Positions 19,565 to 30,757 of a stretch of DNA of 64,000 bases are shown here, piece after piece. The notes under the pieces were generated by a model. That model searched no databases. It saw nothing but the letters and a program-made list of their open reading frames with translations, and was not told the DNA's origin. Made by a program: the position numbers and the translations under genes. The stretch lies in the NCBI GenBank assembly GCA_019057475.1, contig DXJO01000010.1, positions 320,001 through 384,000 of the forward strand, written 5' to 3'. The stretch is from Candidatus Thorarchaeota archaeon (GTDB lineage: Archaea > Asgardarchaeota > Thorarchaeia > Thorarchaeales > Thorarchaeaceae). How positions within the stretch are numbered: position 1 is the stretch's first letter; each line of letters begins with the position of its first letter.

Positions 19565-20302
19565 GTGATACTGCGAGTCTTTTTGTTGCGACGAAACGTG
19601 GGCGAGCATCTCTGCGGCATGTCATTTGAGCACGATGTTTCGGAGCAAACCACCTCAATGCCCCCTCACATCAGAGCATGTGTCACACTTTTTGGCTCCA
19701 GAGAAAGCACCGCACATAGTCGTGCCTACACGCTCCAGCAGGATGGCTTGGTTTGGGTTTACATGTTCTTTGAGATGTTTGCAGTTGTGGTGTTAACAAC
19801 TGAAGACGAGGACATCCCACGCCTCCGGAAGCGAATGCTTTCTCTTGGCAAGGCCTTTTCCAATTCGTTCGGACACCTAATAGCATCCTGGAGCGGCGAC
19901 ATGGACGATATCGAAGGAGTCGGTGCGCTTGTAGAACGATATATGCGTCTCGATCTAGATCTTGGAAACGATATTCTGTCTAAGATTGAAAGTCTAGTCA
20001 ACACTATTCTTGAGAGCTACGATGTAGCCTACGCCGGAGTCTTTGATGCGGGAGGAGACCTGCTCTCGGGCGATATCCCGGAGAGTCATATCCCAAGCAT
20101 CCAAGATGAGATAGCCGTCGCAGGAATCAATTCCGGAGTGGAGCTAATGCCACATGCAGTTGATATTCAAGGTCATAGTGTGCAGATGCTCAGGGTCAGC
20201 TCCCTATCAATTGCTGTAGCCGCATATCGTGACGAAAGCCGGATGGCAGCTGCAAAAGCAGTGAGCGAGATTGCACAAGCACTTCACGAAGCGATGGACT
20301 AA
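19565..20302 (+). CDS. Putative longin-like plus roadblock/profilin-like two-domain protein
   Basis: N-half shows a beta-beta-alpha-beta3-alpha pattern ending F..SF...I.SW.GD; C-half VAYAGVFDAGGDLL...SIAVAA...AVSEIAQAL. Confidence 0.55.
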   Translation: MILRVFLLRRNVGEHLCGMSFEHDVSEQTTSMPPHIRACVTLFGSRESTAHSRAYTLQQDGLVWVYMFFEMFAVVVLTTEDEDIPRLRKRMLSLGKAFSNSFGHLIASWSGDMDDIEGVGALVERYMRLDLDLGNDILSKIESLVNTILESYDVAYAGVFDAGGDLLSGDIPESHIPSIQDEIAVAGINSGVELMPHAVDIQGHSVQMLRVSSLSIAVAAYRDESRMAAAKAVSEIAQALHEAMD

Positions 20303-20347
20303 ATTACGCAATCGCTAAATGGTGACTGACCTTTTACGGATGTGTGA

Positions 20348-21022
20348 TTGCTGATGGATTTGGCCACTGAAATCATTGCGACTGCCGAGAAGGACATAGA
20401 GCAAGCACTCTGGCAGAGTGTTCGAGATAATGATAACGACAAGGCATTGACTGTCTATCACAAATCACGAATCAAACTAGTGTCACTGACCAACCTATCT
20501 GATGTGGAAGAGAGGGACCGGAACCGCGTTCTTGCTTACTGCCTAATGCGCATCGACGACGCATTATTCTCCAAGGGTGATACTGCAGACGCCGTGAGTC
20601 GGACTCAAGAGGCAATGAGTATAGCGCAACGTTCCGAAGATGAGGTTCAAATTGCTAGATGTCAGTTGGCGCTAGGTGCTCGGCTCATGAATCAGGGAAA
20701 GATCGCAGAGGCGGAGGAGCATTATCGCGGGATACTCACGACTCACATGGACAGTGAAAATGAGGATTTAATCCAGGTGGTTGGGTGGACCCTAATAACG
20801 AGGGGCCATCTATTGAATGCTAAAAGCCTCCATGACCAAGCGCTCTTTGTACTTCTTGATGCCGAGAATCGACTGAAGTCCATCGATAATTACGCGGGCA
20901 TTGCCGCAGCGAACGAGCTCCTGGTGAAAGTGTACTCCAATCTTGGATGGTCAGAGGATGCCCAGAAATATCGTCGAATGGCGATTAAGTACAAGGAGAA
21001 GGCAAAACGCGAACAGAGGTGA
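20348..21022 (+). CDS. TPR-like alpha-helical repeat protein
   Basis: IARCQLALG...GKIAEAEEHY; LLVKVYSNLGWSEDAQKY. Confidence 0.7.
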   Translation: MLMDLATEIIATAEKDIEQALWQSVRDNDNDKALTVYHKSRIKLVSLTNLSDVEERDRNRVLAYCLMRIDDALFSKGDTADAVSRTQEAMSIAQRSEDEVQIARCQLALGARLMNQGKIAEAEEHYRGILTTHMDSENEDLIQVVGWTLITRGHLLNAKSLHDQALFVLLDAENRLKSIDNYAGIAAANELLVKVYSNLGWSEDAQKYRRMAIKYKEKAKREQR

Positions 21023-21121
21023 GCGTTCTAGCAGAGCGGGCATTTCGCATCACTGTGCGAAACAAAGAAGTACTACGCGGCACCGGTAGGTTTTGTTAAT
21101 GGACATGAGGTTCGTTATGCA

Positions 21122-21748
21122 ATGATTGTCGGCATCTGCGGTTCACCCAAGAAGGAACGTTCCAACACTCGATACCTGCTCGAGAAGGCGCTCGAAGCAG
21201 CTTCTGATATTCTTTCAGAGGGCAAGACTAAGCGCGCAACAACTGTTCTGCTTAACATAAGTGACTTCGAGATCCGACACTGTACAGGATGTGACACTTG
21301 TGTGAGAAAGAAGCCCTGCCCTGAGAGTGAACACGACGACATGCCCAAGATTGAGGAGAAGCTGCTCAAGGCGGATGGAATCATCATCGCTGCTCCGTCA
21401 TACTTCACTGCTGTCCCTGGCGTGCTGAAGGACTTCATAGACCGCTCGAGACCGATGAAGATGTTGGACCATCAGCTGAAAGACAAGCTCTTCGGTGCTA
21501 TCACCTATGCTGGTCTTCGGTATGGTGGACAAGAGCACGTGATTGACTACCTCAATAGATACGCTCTAGGACAGGGGATGATTGTCATTGGAGCAGTGGG
21601 GAGTCCGGTAAGAGATGGAACCTTCGGGTCGGGAAGTATGCAGACGGATGAGGGTGAATGGAGGTCCGCAAAGAAGGACCAGCTGGCAGTTGAGGGTAGC
21701 CAGCAGCTTGGTCGTCGAATGGCTGAGCTTGTCAAGAAATTGAAGTAA
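21122..21748 (+). CDS. Iron-sulfur flavoprotein / NADPH-dependent FMN reductase (flavodoxin family)
   Basis: GICGSPK, CTGCDTC...C, DDM, ADGIIIAAPSYF, LKDFIDR, GGQE. Confidence 0.88.
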   Translation: MIVGICGSPKKERSNTRYLLEKALEAASDILSEGKTKRATTVLLNISDFEIRHCTGCDTCVRKKPCPESEHDDMPKIEEKLLKADGIIIAAPSYFTAVPGVLKDFIDRSRPMKMLDHQLKDKLFGAITYAGLRYGGQEHVIDYLNRYALGQGMIVIGAVGSPVRDGTFGSGSMQTDEGEWRSAKKDQLAVEGSQQLGRRMAELVKKLK

Positions 21749-21762
21749 AGCGAGGGATTGTC

Positions 21763-22326
21763 ATGGTGAAACCAGACACAGGCGGTAAGGTTCAAGTATA
21801 CACCGGCAATGGCAAGGGCAAGACGACTTGCGCGTTAGGCCTTGGCATAAGAGCAGCGGGTCACGGACTTGAAGTGCTCATGATTAATTTCATGAAAGCG
21901 AAGGTCGCCGAAAGGAGCGGAACAAACGAGGTAAATTACGGAGAATTCAAAACTATCGAGCAGATTCCGAACTTCACAATCATCCCTGTCGGTCGCGAAA
22001 CCTTTGTCGACAAGGATAATCCTGACCCTGTAGATATAGAGATGGCCCAAAATGGCTTGAAGATGGCGCAGGACGCGCTTGCAGAACACAAGTGTGATGT
22101 CTTGATTCTCGATGAGATCAACGTGGCAGTGGAGTGGAACTTGATTTCCTTGGATGAACAGTTGGGCTTAATTAAGATAAAACCCGCGGATGTCGAGGTC
22201 ATCATGACTGGTCGTTATGCCAGCGAAGAAATTATTGAGGCTGCAGATTTGGTCACCGAGATGAAAGAAGTCAAACACTACTTTGAAACGGAGAAAATTT
22301 ACGCTCGGAGAGGATTCGAGTTCTAG
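21763..22326 (+). CDS. cobO: Cob(I)yrinic acid a,c-diamide / cob(I)alamin adenosyltransferase (CobA/BtuR type)
   Basis: VYTGNGKGKTTCALG, LILDEIN, EVIMTGR, ADLVTEM..VKH, RRGFEF. Confidence 0.92.
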   Translation: MVKPDTGGKVQVYTGNGKGKTTCALGLGIRAAGHGLEVLMINFMKAKVAERSGTNEVNYGEFKTIEQIPNFTIIPVGRETFVDKDNPDPVDIEMAQNGLKMAQDALAEHKCDVLILDEINVAVEWNLISLDEQLGLIKIKPADVEVIMTGRYASEEIIEAADLVTEMKEVKHYFETEKIYARRGFEF

Positions 22327-22422
22327 TCCAAGAAGGGCACTGGAGTCGCCTGCATCCCTTGCAGAATCGAACAGTTAATATTGTGTTTGAAAGAGCTGGT
22401 GTTTGTTAAGGAGGATAACCTA

Positions 22423-24084
22423 GTGGGTGACCAGGGTTCCATTAAGAAAGCGAAGAAAAGCTGGGAATCAAGTAAGCTCTCCAACCAGAAGCAGTGGCGA
22501 GATGAGTTTGTCACGACCTCAAGCAAGCCTGTTAAGGTGATTTACACTCCACTAGACATTCCTGACCTCGATTACATGCGGGACCTAGGATTTCCCAGTC
22601 AGTATCCGTACACCCGCGGCGTGCAGCCTTCGATGTATCGGGGTCGCATTTGGACAATGCGGCAGTTTGCTGGGATGGGCAGCGCAGAGGAAACGAACCA
22701 ACGTTTCAAATTCTTGCTCGATCATGGTCAGACAGGACTGAGTGTAGCTTTTCATCTGCCAACAATCTATGGACGGGACTCTGACCACCCATATGCGCTT
22801 GGTGAGGTTGGAAAGCTTGGTGTTGCCATTGACACGCTACGGGATATGGAGATACTACTTGATGGACTTCCTCTTGATAAGGTCACAACTTCAATGACGA
22901 TCAACGCTCCTGCTTCGATACTTCTCGCCATGTACATGATTACCGCTCAGAAACAGGGAGTTGCTCCGACTCAGATTGGAGGGACTATTCAAAACGATAT
23001 TCTAAAGGAGTACATGGCCCAAAAATCATACATCTACAGCCCTGAGCCATCAATGAGAATCATCACAGACATCATGGGCTATTGCGCGAAAAACATCCCC
23101 CGTTGGAACACCATCTCCATCTCCGGCTATCACATTCGGGAGGCTGGTTCGACCGCGACTCAGGAGCTTGCATTCACATTAGCCAACGGATTGACGTACG
23201 TACAAGCAGGCATTGATGCGGGACTGGATGTGGACGTCTTCGCTCCCCGTTTATCATTCTTCTTCAATTCACATAATGACATATTCGAGGAGGTCGCGAA
23301 GTTCCGAGCCGCACGCCGCATCTGGGCGCGCGAGATGAAGGAACGGTTCAAGGCGAAGAAGTCAAGGTCTCTTTGGATGCGATTCCACACTCAAACTGCT
23401 GGCTGTTCACTAACTGCTCAGCAGCCAATTGTCAATGTTGTGCGTACAGCGTATCAGGCCCTCGCGGCAGTTCTTGGAGGTACTCAGTCTCTTCACACAA
23501 ACAGCATGGACGAAGCTTTCTGTTTGCCAACAGAAGATGCAGTCCGTGTGGCGCTCAGGACTCAGCAGGTCATCGCGCATGAAAGTGGAGCGGCCAACAC
23601 GATAGACCCACTTGCGGGCTCGTACTATATCGAATCGTTGACCAACGAAATGGAGGAGGAGGCCTACAAGTACTTCGATCGGTTCGATGCCATGGGCGGT
23701 GTTATCCCCGCCATCGAGAAGGGATTCCCGCAGAGGGAGATAGCCAACGCATCGTATAAGTACCAACGCGAGATCGAAGCCAACAAAAGGATAATAGTAG
23801 GTGTCAATGACTTCGTTCTTGAGGGTGAAGAGATCACAATCCCGGTGCTCAAGATAGACCCTGAGATTGAGAGAAAGCAGGTGGAACGTACTCAGAGAAT
23901 CCGGAGAGAGCGTGACAAGAAGAAGTTCGAGGAAGCTCTCAATGCACTTAGAAAGGCCTCCGAGGGAGCAGACAATGTTATGCCCCATATCGTCAATGCG
24001 GTGAAGGCCTATGCCACTGTGGGTGAGATATGTGATGTATGGCGGGACATCTGGGGCGAATGGGAAGAACCGAAGATCTACTAG
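22423..24084 (+). CDS. Acyl-CoA mutase large subunit with isobutyryl-CoA mutase-type residues
   Basis: YTRGV...[42 protein letters not shown]; no B12-binding domain. Confidence 0.88.
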   Translation: MGDQGSIKKAKKSWESSKLSNQKQWRDEFVTTSSKPVKVIYTPLDIPDLDYMRDLGFPSQYPYTRGVQPSMYRGRIWTMRQFAGMGSAEETNQRFKFLLDHGQTGLSVAFHLPTIYGRDSDHPYALGEVGKLGVAIDTLRDMEILLDGLPLDKVTTSMTINAPASILLAMYMITAQKQGVAPTQIGGTIQNDILKEYMAQKSYIYSPEPSMRIITDIMGYCAKNIPRWNTISISGYHIREAGSTATQELAFTLANGLTYVQAGIDAGLDVDVFAPRLSFFFNSHNDIFEEVAKFRAARRIWAREMKERFKAKKSRSLWMRFHTQTAGCSLTAQQPIVNVVRTAYQALAAVLGGTQSLHTNSMDEAFCLPTEDAVRVALRTQQVIAHESGAANTIDPLAGSYYIESLTNEMEEEAYKYFDRFDAMGGVIPAIEKGFPQREIANASYKYQREIEANKRIIVGVNDFVLEGEEITIPVLKIDPEIERKQVERTQRIRRERDKKKFEEALNALRKASEGADNVMPHIVNAVKAYATVGEICDVWRDIWGEWEEPKIY

Positions 24085-24114
24085 GTGCGAGAGAACATCA
24101 GAGCACAGCTCTCA

Positions 24115-25479
24115 TCATTCTGCCTTGTTGAGTTCATCATGTGCTTGGGATATCATGGTTTCCTCATCTTCGGAGTTGAGCACTAACCCCTCGACGGGCT
24201 CCTCGGGAGATTCCGCAGCTGCAGTTTCCATAACATCGTCAAGTGCTCTGACTGATGGAGTCAGCAAAGCGGCAGTTCCTAGCACGATTGTCGCCACTCC
24301 TGAGGCAATAAACCAAATCGGAACGCCGTAAGCATCTGCCACGGGCCCAGCAATAACTAATCCAATGGGCATCATCGCAGTGGATCCACTAACAACAAGC
24401 GCAAACACTCTTCCTTGCTTATCAGCTGGGATCGTTGATTGCAGCAATGCAAGGATGGATCCATTCACAATAGTACCAAGACTCGCCACGAGGAAGAACA
24501 GAGCTGTTGCCTGGAAAAATGCATCTGGCGGCATCAGACCAATCAGCAGATCCAAGATTCCAATCACGATTAGTGCGATAAGTGCTGTAAAAGTCCGCCT
24601 TCTACCACCTCCCCAAATGCCAAGGAGTATTCCCGAGAGCACCATTCCTATAGCACTTGCTGACTGGATTATTGCCAGATATGTTGCATCGCCGTGGAAA
24701 TGGTTGGTGACAAGAATGGGGATCAGGGTGGATGCGGGCCCTCCCACCAAGTTTAGGAACATCGCCATCACGACAATTAGTAGTATTCCCCGTGTTTTCC
24801 TCAGGAAGCGGAAACCATCCATCATGTCACCGAGAACAGATTTTTCCTCTAATAGGCTCGTTCGCTCAGGCTGAGGGACATGAACGGCTGCAAGAGCGCC
24901 TATCGCAATGATAGCAGTTGCCACATCTATCATCAGGATTGTACTCATCGGAAGCAGAATCAGAACAAGCGCTCCAAGCGGCGGCGCGAGTATGCCCGCT
25001 GCTCCTTGGAGTGTGTGGTTCATGCCCCCAATGCGCAATAGGTGCTCTTTGGGGACCATCAGACTGGTTGACGCCAGCATCGCCGGCCAGTGGAATGCAC
25101 CTGCGGCTGAACCAATGAGCATGGCCAGATAGATATGCCAGATCTCTATAGTCCCAAAGTGGAACGTGGCCACCAGGAAGAGAATGCTTAGGGCGATAAT
25201 CATGTCTGCAGCAATCATAGTTCTGCGTCTATTCCATCGGTCCACATACGACCCTGCAAAGGGTGCGATCAAGACCTGTGGCAACAATGCCATTATCGTG
25301 GCGATGGCGAGCACAGTAGCGGAGCCGGTTTGAAGTGTCAAATACCAGACAATAGTGAATCGTACGAGTCGACTCCCGAACAAAGATACGGCCTGACCGC
25401 TCCACAAGATGGCAAAAGGACGCAATGACTTGGTGGTTTCATCCTTTGGCGGCTCAGACAACATCGTACTGAATTTCAT
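24115..25479 (-). CDS. MFS transporter (DHA3/MefA macrolide-efflux-like)
   Basis: ~12 TMs; LWSGQAVSLFGS, AGSYVDRWNRRRTMIAAD, QGRVFAL. Confidence 0.88.
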   Translation of the reverse strand: MKFSTMLSEPPKDETTKSLRPFAILWSGQAVSLFGSRLVRFTIVWYLTLQTGSATVLAIATIMALLPQVLIAPFAGSYVDRWNRRRTMIAADMIIALSILFLVATFHFGTIEIWHIYLAMLIGSAAGAFHWPAMLASTSLMVPKEHLLRIGGMNHTLQGAAGILAPPLGALVLILLPMSTILMIDVATAIIAIGALAAVHVPQPERTSLLEEKSVLGDMMDGFRFLRKTRGILLIVVMAMFLNLVGGPASTLIPILVTNHFHGDATYLAIIQSASAIGMVLSGILLGIWGGGRRRTFTALIALIVIGILDLLIGLMPPDAFFQATALFFLVASLGTIVNGSILALLQSTIPADKQGRVFALVVSGSTAMMPIGLVIAGPVADAYGVPIWFIASGVATIVLGTAALLTPSVRALDDVMETAAAESPEEPVEGLVLNSEDEETMISQAHDELNKAE

Positions 25480-26148
25480 GTCAATGGTGAGATATATTGC
25501 AGCTGGTTTGGGAATAAACTAGCAATTGGACTTACTCTCGCCGGAATCCTTCACCACACTGACCTTCAACTGCCAGCAGTCGATGCAAGGTCTGCGGCCA
25601 ACATACACCGTTGCCCGAAACTTGTACAATCATGGACATCAATGTCCTTGACTGATGTTCGGTTCCTGATTCATTGAGGTCTGCTCTGCAGGTCCTACTG
25701 GATCTGCGACAAGTCTCACGTCCTCTCCACAGGCGTTTTCTATCTCCGTCCAACTGGCGGCGACCAAATTGCATGCACGCCCTAGCAATCTGCATTGAAC
25801 GTCCACACTACTTAATCCTGAGCAGTACGTTATAAGCATCTACAAAATGCCCAAGATCGTACAAGTTCTTGGCAGCTGTTGCATATCCTCCTTCCATAGC
25901 AGTCAATTGTAGAACACGTTTCGCAGGACATTTTCTTATCCTTCAGCAATAGACAAGATTAGTTCTATGCTGTATACTCCTTGTGCGGCGAATCATCCAC
26001 AAGAGCTGCTACATCTCAAACCCTCTGCATTCCTAGGTGGAACTGACAATGATCGTAGGACAAGAGGGGAGAACCCGGCTCAGACACGCCGGGCTCTCTT
26101 CAAGATTACGTTCTTCTTGATTAGATACGACAGGTTTGCATTAACAGG

Positions 26149-27435
26149 CTAAGTTCTCCTCTTCCGCATGTATACAACAATCACAATAAGAATAACGGCT
26201 CCTCCAATTCCTATTGCTATTAGCAGAGTGTAATCTGGGACTTCAGAAGGTGGCGCCGAGTCCTCAAATGCGACCAGTATCCCGTTGACTGGACCCGTGT
26301 CAGCACTTCGCATGAAACCAGCCACCGCAAATCCACCGGCAGCAAGCTCGACCAAAGCGTGTCCTTTGTCCAGGTATTCGCCACCAAAGGCCTTTTGCCA
26401 TTGCAGCACTCCATCGCTGTCTGTACGCCCCAGCCAGACATCGGAGCCCCCTGCACCGAACGCATAAGTGCCGCTTGTGAGCGCAAAGCCACCATCACTA
26501 CATTCCACTACGTCAAGGCCGCCAGGGGCGCTCATCATCCCTGCGAATCCGGTCGTGTGATTGTATAGCTGGTTCCAGAGTTCATTTCCATCTCCATCTA
26601 CCCGCACAAGCCACCCGCCTGCAGAGTCTTCGAAGGAAGACGTGCCGGCTGCGATTGCAAAGCCTCCTGTACTCACCTCGATTACGGAGTAGCCCATGTC
26701 GTAATCGGTACCGCCAAATGTACGGTTCCATAATTCGTTCCCATCTGCGTCCGCCCTAATCAACCAGACGTCACTATCTCCCGCTCCGAGACCTTCTGTA
26801 TATCCGGCTAAAATGAAGTGTCCACCACTAACTTCTGCAACTGAGAGGATTCCCGAAGTTTCATATTCATCTGCTGAGGCCGTAATGAAGGTCTTGTTCC
26901 AGAGCTGGTTCCCGCTGCTATCCAGCTTCAGCAGAAAACTACCATCGCCATGTCCTACAACTACAAACTCCCCGTTGCTGCATTCAATTACACAAAATGC
27001 ATCTGTACTAGCGCCCCCCATCGTGAATGTACTGTTCCAGACCATAACCCCCGAGGCATCTGTGCGAATCATCCATGCATCATGCGTAGCAGTCCGTCCA
27101 GCGATGAGGTATCCTCCTGTACTCACTTCAACTAAGCTGTAGCCTAGGTCGGAACCTAGACCCGGTGAATCGTAAGTCTTATTCCAGATCATCTCGCCAT
27201 CCGAGTTCGTCCGTGTCAACCATGCAGAGCATTCTCCTGAGCTTGTATTCCCGAGCCGCCCGAGCAGAGCAAAGCCGCCATCGCTTAGCTGAACTACATC
27301 ATATAACTCGTCGGTCCCGTCTCCTCCATATTCCTGATACCATAGCTCATCGGCTGCGTAGACCGGCAATGCAGAAGCCAACATAATCGCAAATGACACC
27401 ACTAAAGCTTGAAGGATTCTTCTTCTTCTCAACAT
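26149..27435 (-). CDS. Secreted beta-propeller-repeat cell-surface protein with C-terminal membrane anchor
   Basis: Signal peptide; ~7 repeats WNxT(F/Y)GG..D.G.SV.E...GGF.hAG....WL.R.D..G; TM and RKRRT tail. Confidence 0.8.
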   Translation of the reverse strand: MLRRRRILQALVVSFAIMLASALPVYAADELWYQEYGGDGTDELYDVVQLSDGGFALLGRLGNTSSGECSAWLTRTNSDGEMIWNKTYDSPGLGSDLGYSLVEVSTGGYLIAGRTATHDAWMIRTDASGVMVWNSTFTMGGASTDAFCVIECSNGEFVVVGHGDGSFLLKLDSSGNQLWNKTFITASADEYETSGILSVAEVSGGHFILAGYTEGLGAGDSDVWLIRADADGNELWNRTFGGTDYDMGYSVIEVSTGGFAIAAGTSSFEDSAGGWLVRVDGDGNELWNQLYNHTTGFAGMMSAPGGLDVVECSDGGFALTSGTYAFGAGGSDVWLGRTDSDGVLQWQKAFGGEYLDKGHALVELAAGGFAVAGFMRSADTGPVNGILVAFEDSAPPSEVPDYTLLIAIGIGGAVILIVIVVYMRKRRT

Positions 27436-27818
27436 TCAACACATCCTGAGTTCGATTCGGGCCTTGCGAATGCTCCAGTGATGATCTGGGATGTTGTTGA
27501 ATTCAATGCAATTGATGGGTGCTTGGCTTTTCTTTGAAGTCATGGTACTCCTGGCATTTGACGATTCCAATCAGTCTGATTCCCATGGCCGCGAATACGT
27601 GTTCTTATCAATTCACGCAATCCCAGAAAAGGCTTTCGAGAAGTTGCTCATCTTGGAAACTGTCCCCTGCAGCAGACGCTTTTGCATCGATGCATACTTG
27701 CTCAATTGTTCACCAATCTGCCCCATAGTCGATGCCTATTTATTAGGGAGATTTCCTGCGAGTATCGCTTTCGACAATCCACTCCTCGGCCCTGCCGCTG
27801 AGAACGGAGGACTAACGA

Positions 27819-29339
27819 TTGGCAGAGTACAATAAGGTCACGGATGAAGTTGTGAAGAAACTGGTCGCAATCTGTGGTGAGAAATACGTCACGGACAGCG
27901 AACCACTACGTTACAGCTATATGGCAAGAGGCATCATGGGACTGGAGGCCGTTCTTCCTGAGGTCGTAATCAGACCTGCAAATACTGAGGAAGTCCGGAA
28001 GATCCTCATGATTGCCAACGATAGCCTGAGCCCTGTCACTCCCGCTGCAGGCGGTCTAAGTGGGGGCTTTGCGTTGCCGGCAATTGAGCCGGGCGGCATT
28101 TTGATGGACATGACACGGATGGACAAGATGGAGGTTGACACAGAGAACCGAGTCATGATAGTTGAGCCTGGCGTGAGATGTGGTGACGCTTGGCGTATCT
28201 TCAAGAAGCGATGGCCCGATTGGGCACCACCAATTCCTGACGGAGCACCACCCGGGGCTACCATTCTGGGCGATGCCATAGAGCGTGGCTTTTCTCTGGT
28301 GACCGGAAGGTACGGACCGCAGGCTGATATGATCATGGGTCTTGAGATAGTCTTGCCAAGTGGTGAGATATTCAGGACCGGTTCATGGGCGCTTGATGGC
28401 GCGAAGGCGTTCTACAGGTGGGGTGTAGGTCCGAACCCAGACGGCCTGTTCCTTGGTTCTCAGGGTTCGATGGGCATCATCACCAAAGCTGCAGTGAAGA
28501 TTGTACCTCATCCTCATTTCAAAACGATCGTAGCTTATGGTGGCGACAGCTGGGAACACATTATTGAGCCAGCATGGGAGATTGGCAAATACGAGATGGG
28601 GATATCCGATAATACAGTCATGGTCCAAGGAGGCAACTGGCCCCTTGTAATGACCCGCTGGCCCAAGAGCAACGTACCGCTCGATTACAAATTCTACGAG
28701 AAGATTGGCATTGACGAGTACTGGATGAACTCAGAGGTGTGGGCGCATTCCCAGGAAGAGCTTGATTTCACGCTGAAGCGGATTGACGAGATATACAAGG
28801 ACTATGAGGTCAAGAAGAAGACAATATGCAAACAGCAGCAATTGCATCCGAAGCAGATCGCGTCAAGGCTCAAGAAACCGAATCTGATTGCAGTTCCATA
28901 CGGCCTGTACGAGGCTGGATTCTTGTTTGTGACTGTGTATACACCTTGGCTGGAGTCCAGCAGGTGTGCCGAGATGTACTGCCAAAAGATGGAGGAACAT
29001 GGCTTTCCGCCTGTCATGTGGGTTGCATCAATAGACCATGCAAGGCAAGCCATAGTCATGCCAATACTTTGCTTTGATAGCACAGAGAAGGGAGTACTCG
29101 ATAGGATTAGGAAATGGAATATTGAAACAACGGAACTTGTGCTCGATAATGGCTGGTTGAACTACCGACCAGACCCGTTCGTGCATGCTCCCATGACATT
29201 CAGCAAGTCGAAGGACTACTACCGGATGCTCGTGAAGTTCAGAAAAGTACTCGACCCGAATCTCATCTTACATCCCGGGCGATTGGCCATTCCTTGGGCG
29301 TCTGTTACAGATAGTCCAAGTCCACTGGAGGATGAGTAG
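27819..29339 (+). CDS. FAD-binding oxidoreductase (GlcD/D-lactate dehydrogenase-like)
   Basis: PEVVIRP, VEPGV, GLEIVLPSGE, FLGSQGSMGIITK, LDPNLILHPG. Confidence 0.85.
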   Translation: MAEYNKVTDEVVKKLVAICGEKYVTDSEPLRYSYMARGIMGLEAVLPEVVIRPANTEEVRKILMIANDSLSPVTPAAGGLSGGFALPAIEPGGILMDMTRMDKMEVDTENRVMIVEPGVRCGDAWRIFKKRWPDWAPPIPDGAPPGATILGDAIERGFSLVTGRYGPQADMIMGLEIVLPSGEIFRTGSWALDGAKAFYRWGVGPNPDGLFLGSQGSMGIITKAAVKIVPHPHFKTIVAYGGDSWEHIIEPAWEIGKYEMGISDNTVMVQGGNWPLVMTRWPKSNVPLDYKFYEKIGIDEYWMNSEVWAHSQEELDFTLKRIDEIYKDYEVKKKTICKQQQLHPKQIASRLKKPNLIAVPYGLYEAGFLFVTVYTPWLESSRCAEMYCQKMEEHGFPPVMWVASIDHARQAIVMPILCFDSTEKGVLDRIRKWNIETTELVLDNGWLNYRPDPFVHAPMTFSKSKDYYRMLVKFRKVLDPNLILHPGRLAIPWASVTDSPSPLEDE

Positions 29340-29403
29340 GAAATGAAAGCACATCCACAACAAAAGTTTCAAAACATAACCTACACAAGGAGGCAAGATT
29401 CCA

Positions 29404-30714
29404 ATGACTAGTCTTGAAGAGCTTCGCAAGATCAACGCGCGTTGCATACACTGTCGCGCTTGCCAATATGCCTATTCCAACGAGCCGGATAGGGAGGGGG
29501 CGGACGAGGAGTATACTGGCATGATGCTGTCATGTCCAGGCGGCAACTTCTACGGTTGGGAAGGCTACTTCAACAGTGGCAGGATGTGGATGGCCCGAGC
29601 GTTCCTTGAGGGCGATCTCAAACCCAGTCAAGAGATGCTTGAGATTATTGAGGCATGCACGACCTGCGGTCTTTGTGCTGAGCAATGCACAAACTACATT
29701 GATACAGTCGATGTCATTGAGGAACTGAGAGCTGCCATTATCGAGTCAGGCGTTGAACCTCTGAAACGGCACAAGATGATTGGAGATCGGGTTCTTGAAG
29801 AGGACAAGAGGAACCCCTATAACGACCCGCGGAGCGACCGCACAGCTTGGCATGATGGGTCTGTTGATGACAAAGATATGAAGGTCGCATACTACGTCGG
29901 CTGTACTGGAGCATACAGACAGCAGGGCGTTGCCAAGCACACTGCAAGTATTCTGAAGAAGCTAGGTGTTGACTTTACAGTCCTGACCGACGAAGTGTGT
30001 TGTGGGTCTCCAATACTACGCACTGGTCAGAAGGACATCCTCAAGAAAGTCATGAATGAAAATCTCGAGATGTTCAAGGACTTCGACTTGCTAGTGTTTT
30101 CATGTGCGGGATGCTATAGGACTTTCAAAGTGGACTATCCAAAGCAGAGTGGCAAGCCTTTGCCCTTCAAAGTCGCGCACACACTGGACATCGCCTATGA
30201 CCTCATCACTGAAGGCAAGCTCAAGATTGAGAAGCCCTACAACAAGAAGGTCACGTGGCACGACCCCTGTCACACTATACGACACATCGGACTCTCAATT
30301 GAGAAGGAGATTCTTGAGAAATCGGATAACTGGCTGCTTGACAGCAGGAAAGCGGCCAAGGCGAAGGAAGCCTGGTACGAGCGGCCCAGAGAAGTGATTC
30401 GCGCGATTCCAGGCATGGACTTCCGTGAGATGTACAGAATCAAGGGCAACAGTTTCTGCTGCGGAGCAGGAGGCGGTGTCAAGACACAATTTCCAGATAT
30501 GGCCAACGACACTGCGAGAGAGCGTGTCAAGGAAGCCGCGTCAACCGGTGCAGAAGTCCTGTTGACCAGCTGTCCCTTCTGCATAACTAACTTCAACGAT
30601 GCTGTCAAGGCGTTAAAGAAGGAAGAAGAAGAAACTGGTAAGGACTTGTCCGCTGTGGGTTCAAAGATTGAAGTGGTAGAGCTTCTGGAGCTAATGGATC
30701 AACTGCTTGACTAG
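29404..30714 (+). CDS. Fe-S oxidoreductase with two CCG domains (GlcF/HdrD-like)
   Basis: CIHCRAC, CTTCGLCAEQC, YYVGC, EVCCG, CAGC, HDPCH, CCGAGGG, TSCPFC. Confidence 0.88.
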   Translation: MTSLEELRKINARCIHCRACQYAYSNEPDREGADEEYTGMMLSCPGGNFYGWEGYFNSGRMWMARAFLEGDLKPSQEMLEIIEACTTCGLCAEQCTNYIDTVDVIEELRAAIIESGVEPLKRHKMIGDRVLEEDKRNPYNDPRSDRTAWHDGSVDDKDMKVAYYVGCTGAYRQQGVAKHTASILKKLGVDFTVLTDEVCCGSPILRTGQKDILKKVMNENLEMFKDFDLLVFSCAGCYRTFKVDYPKQSGKPLPFKVAHTLDIAYDLITEGKLKIEKPYNKKVTWHDPCHTIRHIGLSIEKEILEKSDNWLLDSRKAAKAKEAWYERPREVIRAIPGMDFREMYRIKGNSFCCGAGGGVKTQFPDMANDTARERVKEAASTGAEVLLTSCPFCITNFNDAVKALKKEEEETGKDLSAVGSKIEVVELLELMDQLLD

Positions 30715-30722
30715 TTGAACTT

Positions 30723-30757
30723 CTGGACTGGGTAGGACTACTCCTGCCCAGGTCCAG
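30723..30757. terminator. Hairpin between convergent genes
   Basis: CTGGAC-TGGGTAGGA-ctac-TCCTGCCCA-g-GTCCAG, 8 nt after the stop codon. Confidence 0.5.

Noticed and set aside
25532-26050. Short Cys-rich and TAG-interrupted minus-strand ORFs between the MFS and surface-protein genes
   Set aside because: Multiple stops in all frames and no recognisable motif; at best a decayed gene
27491-27835. 114-aa + strand ORF upstream of the GlcD-like gene
   Set aside because: No motif, overlaps the probable promoter (TTTATTA) and SD of 27819; likely spurious
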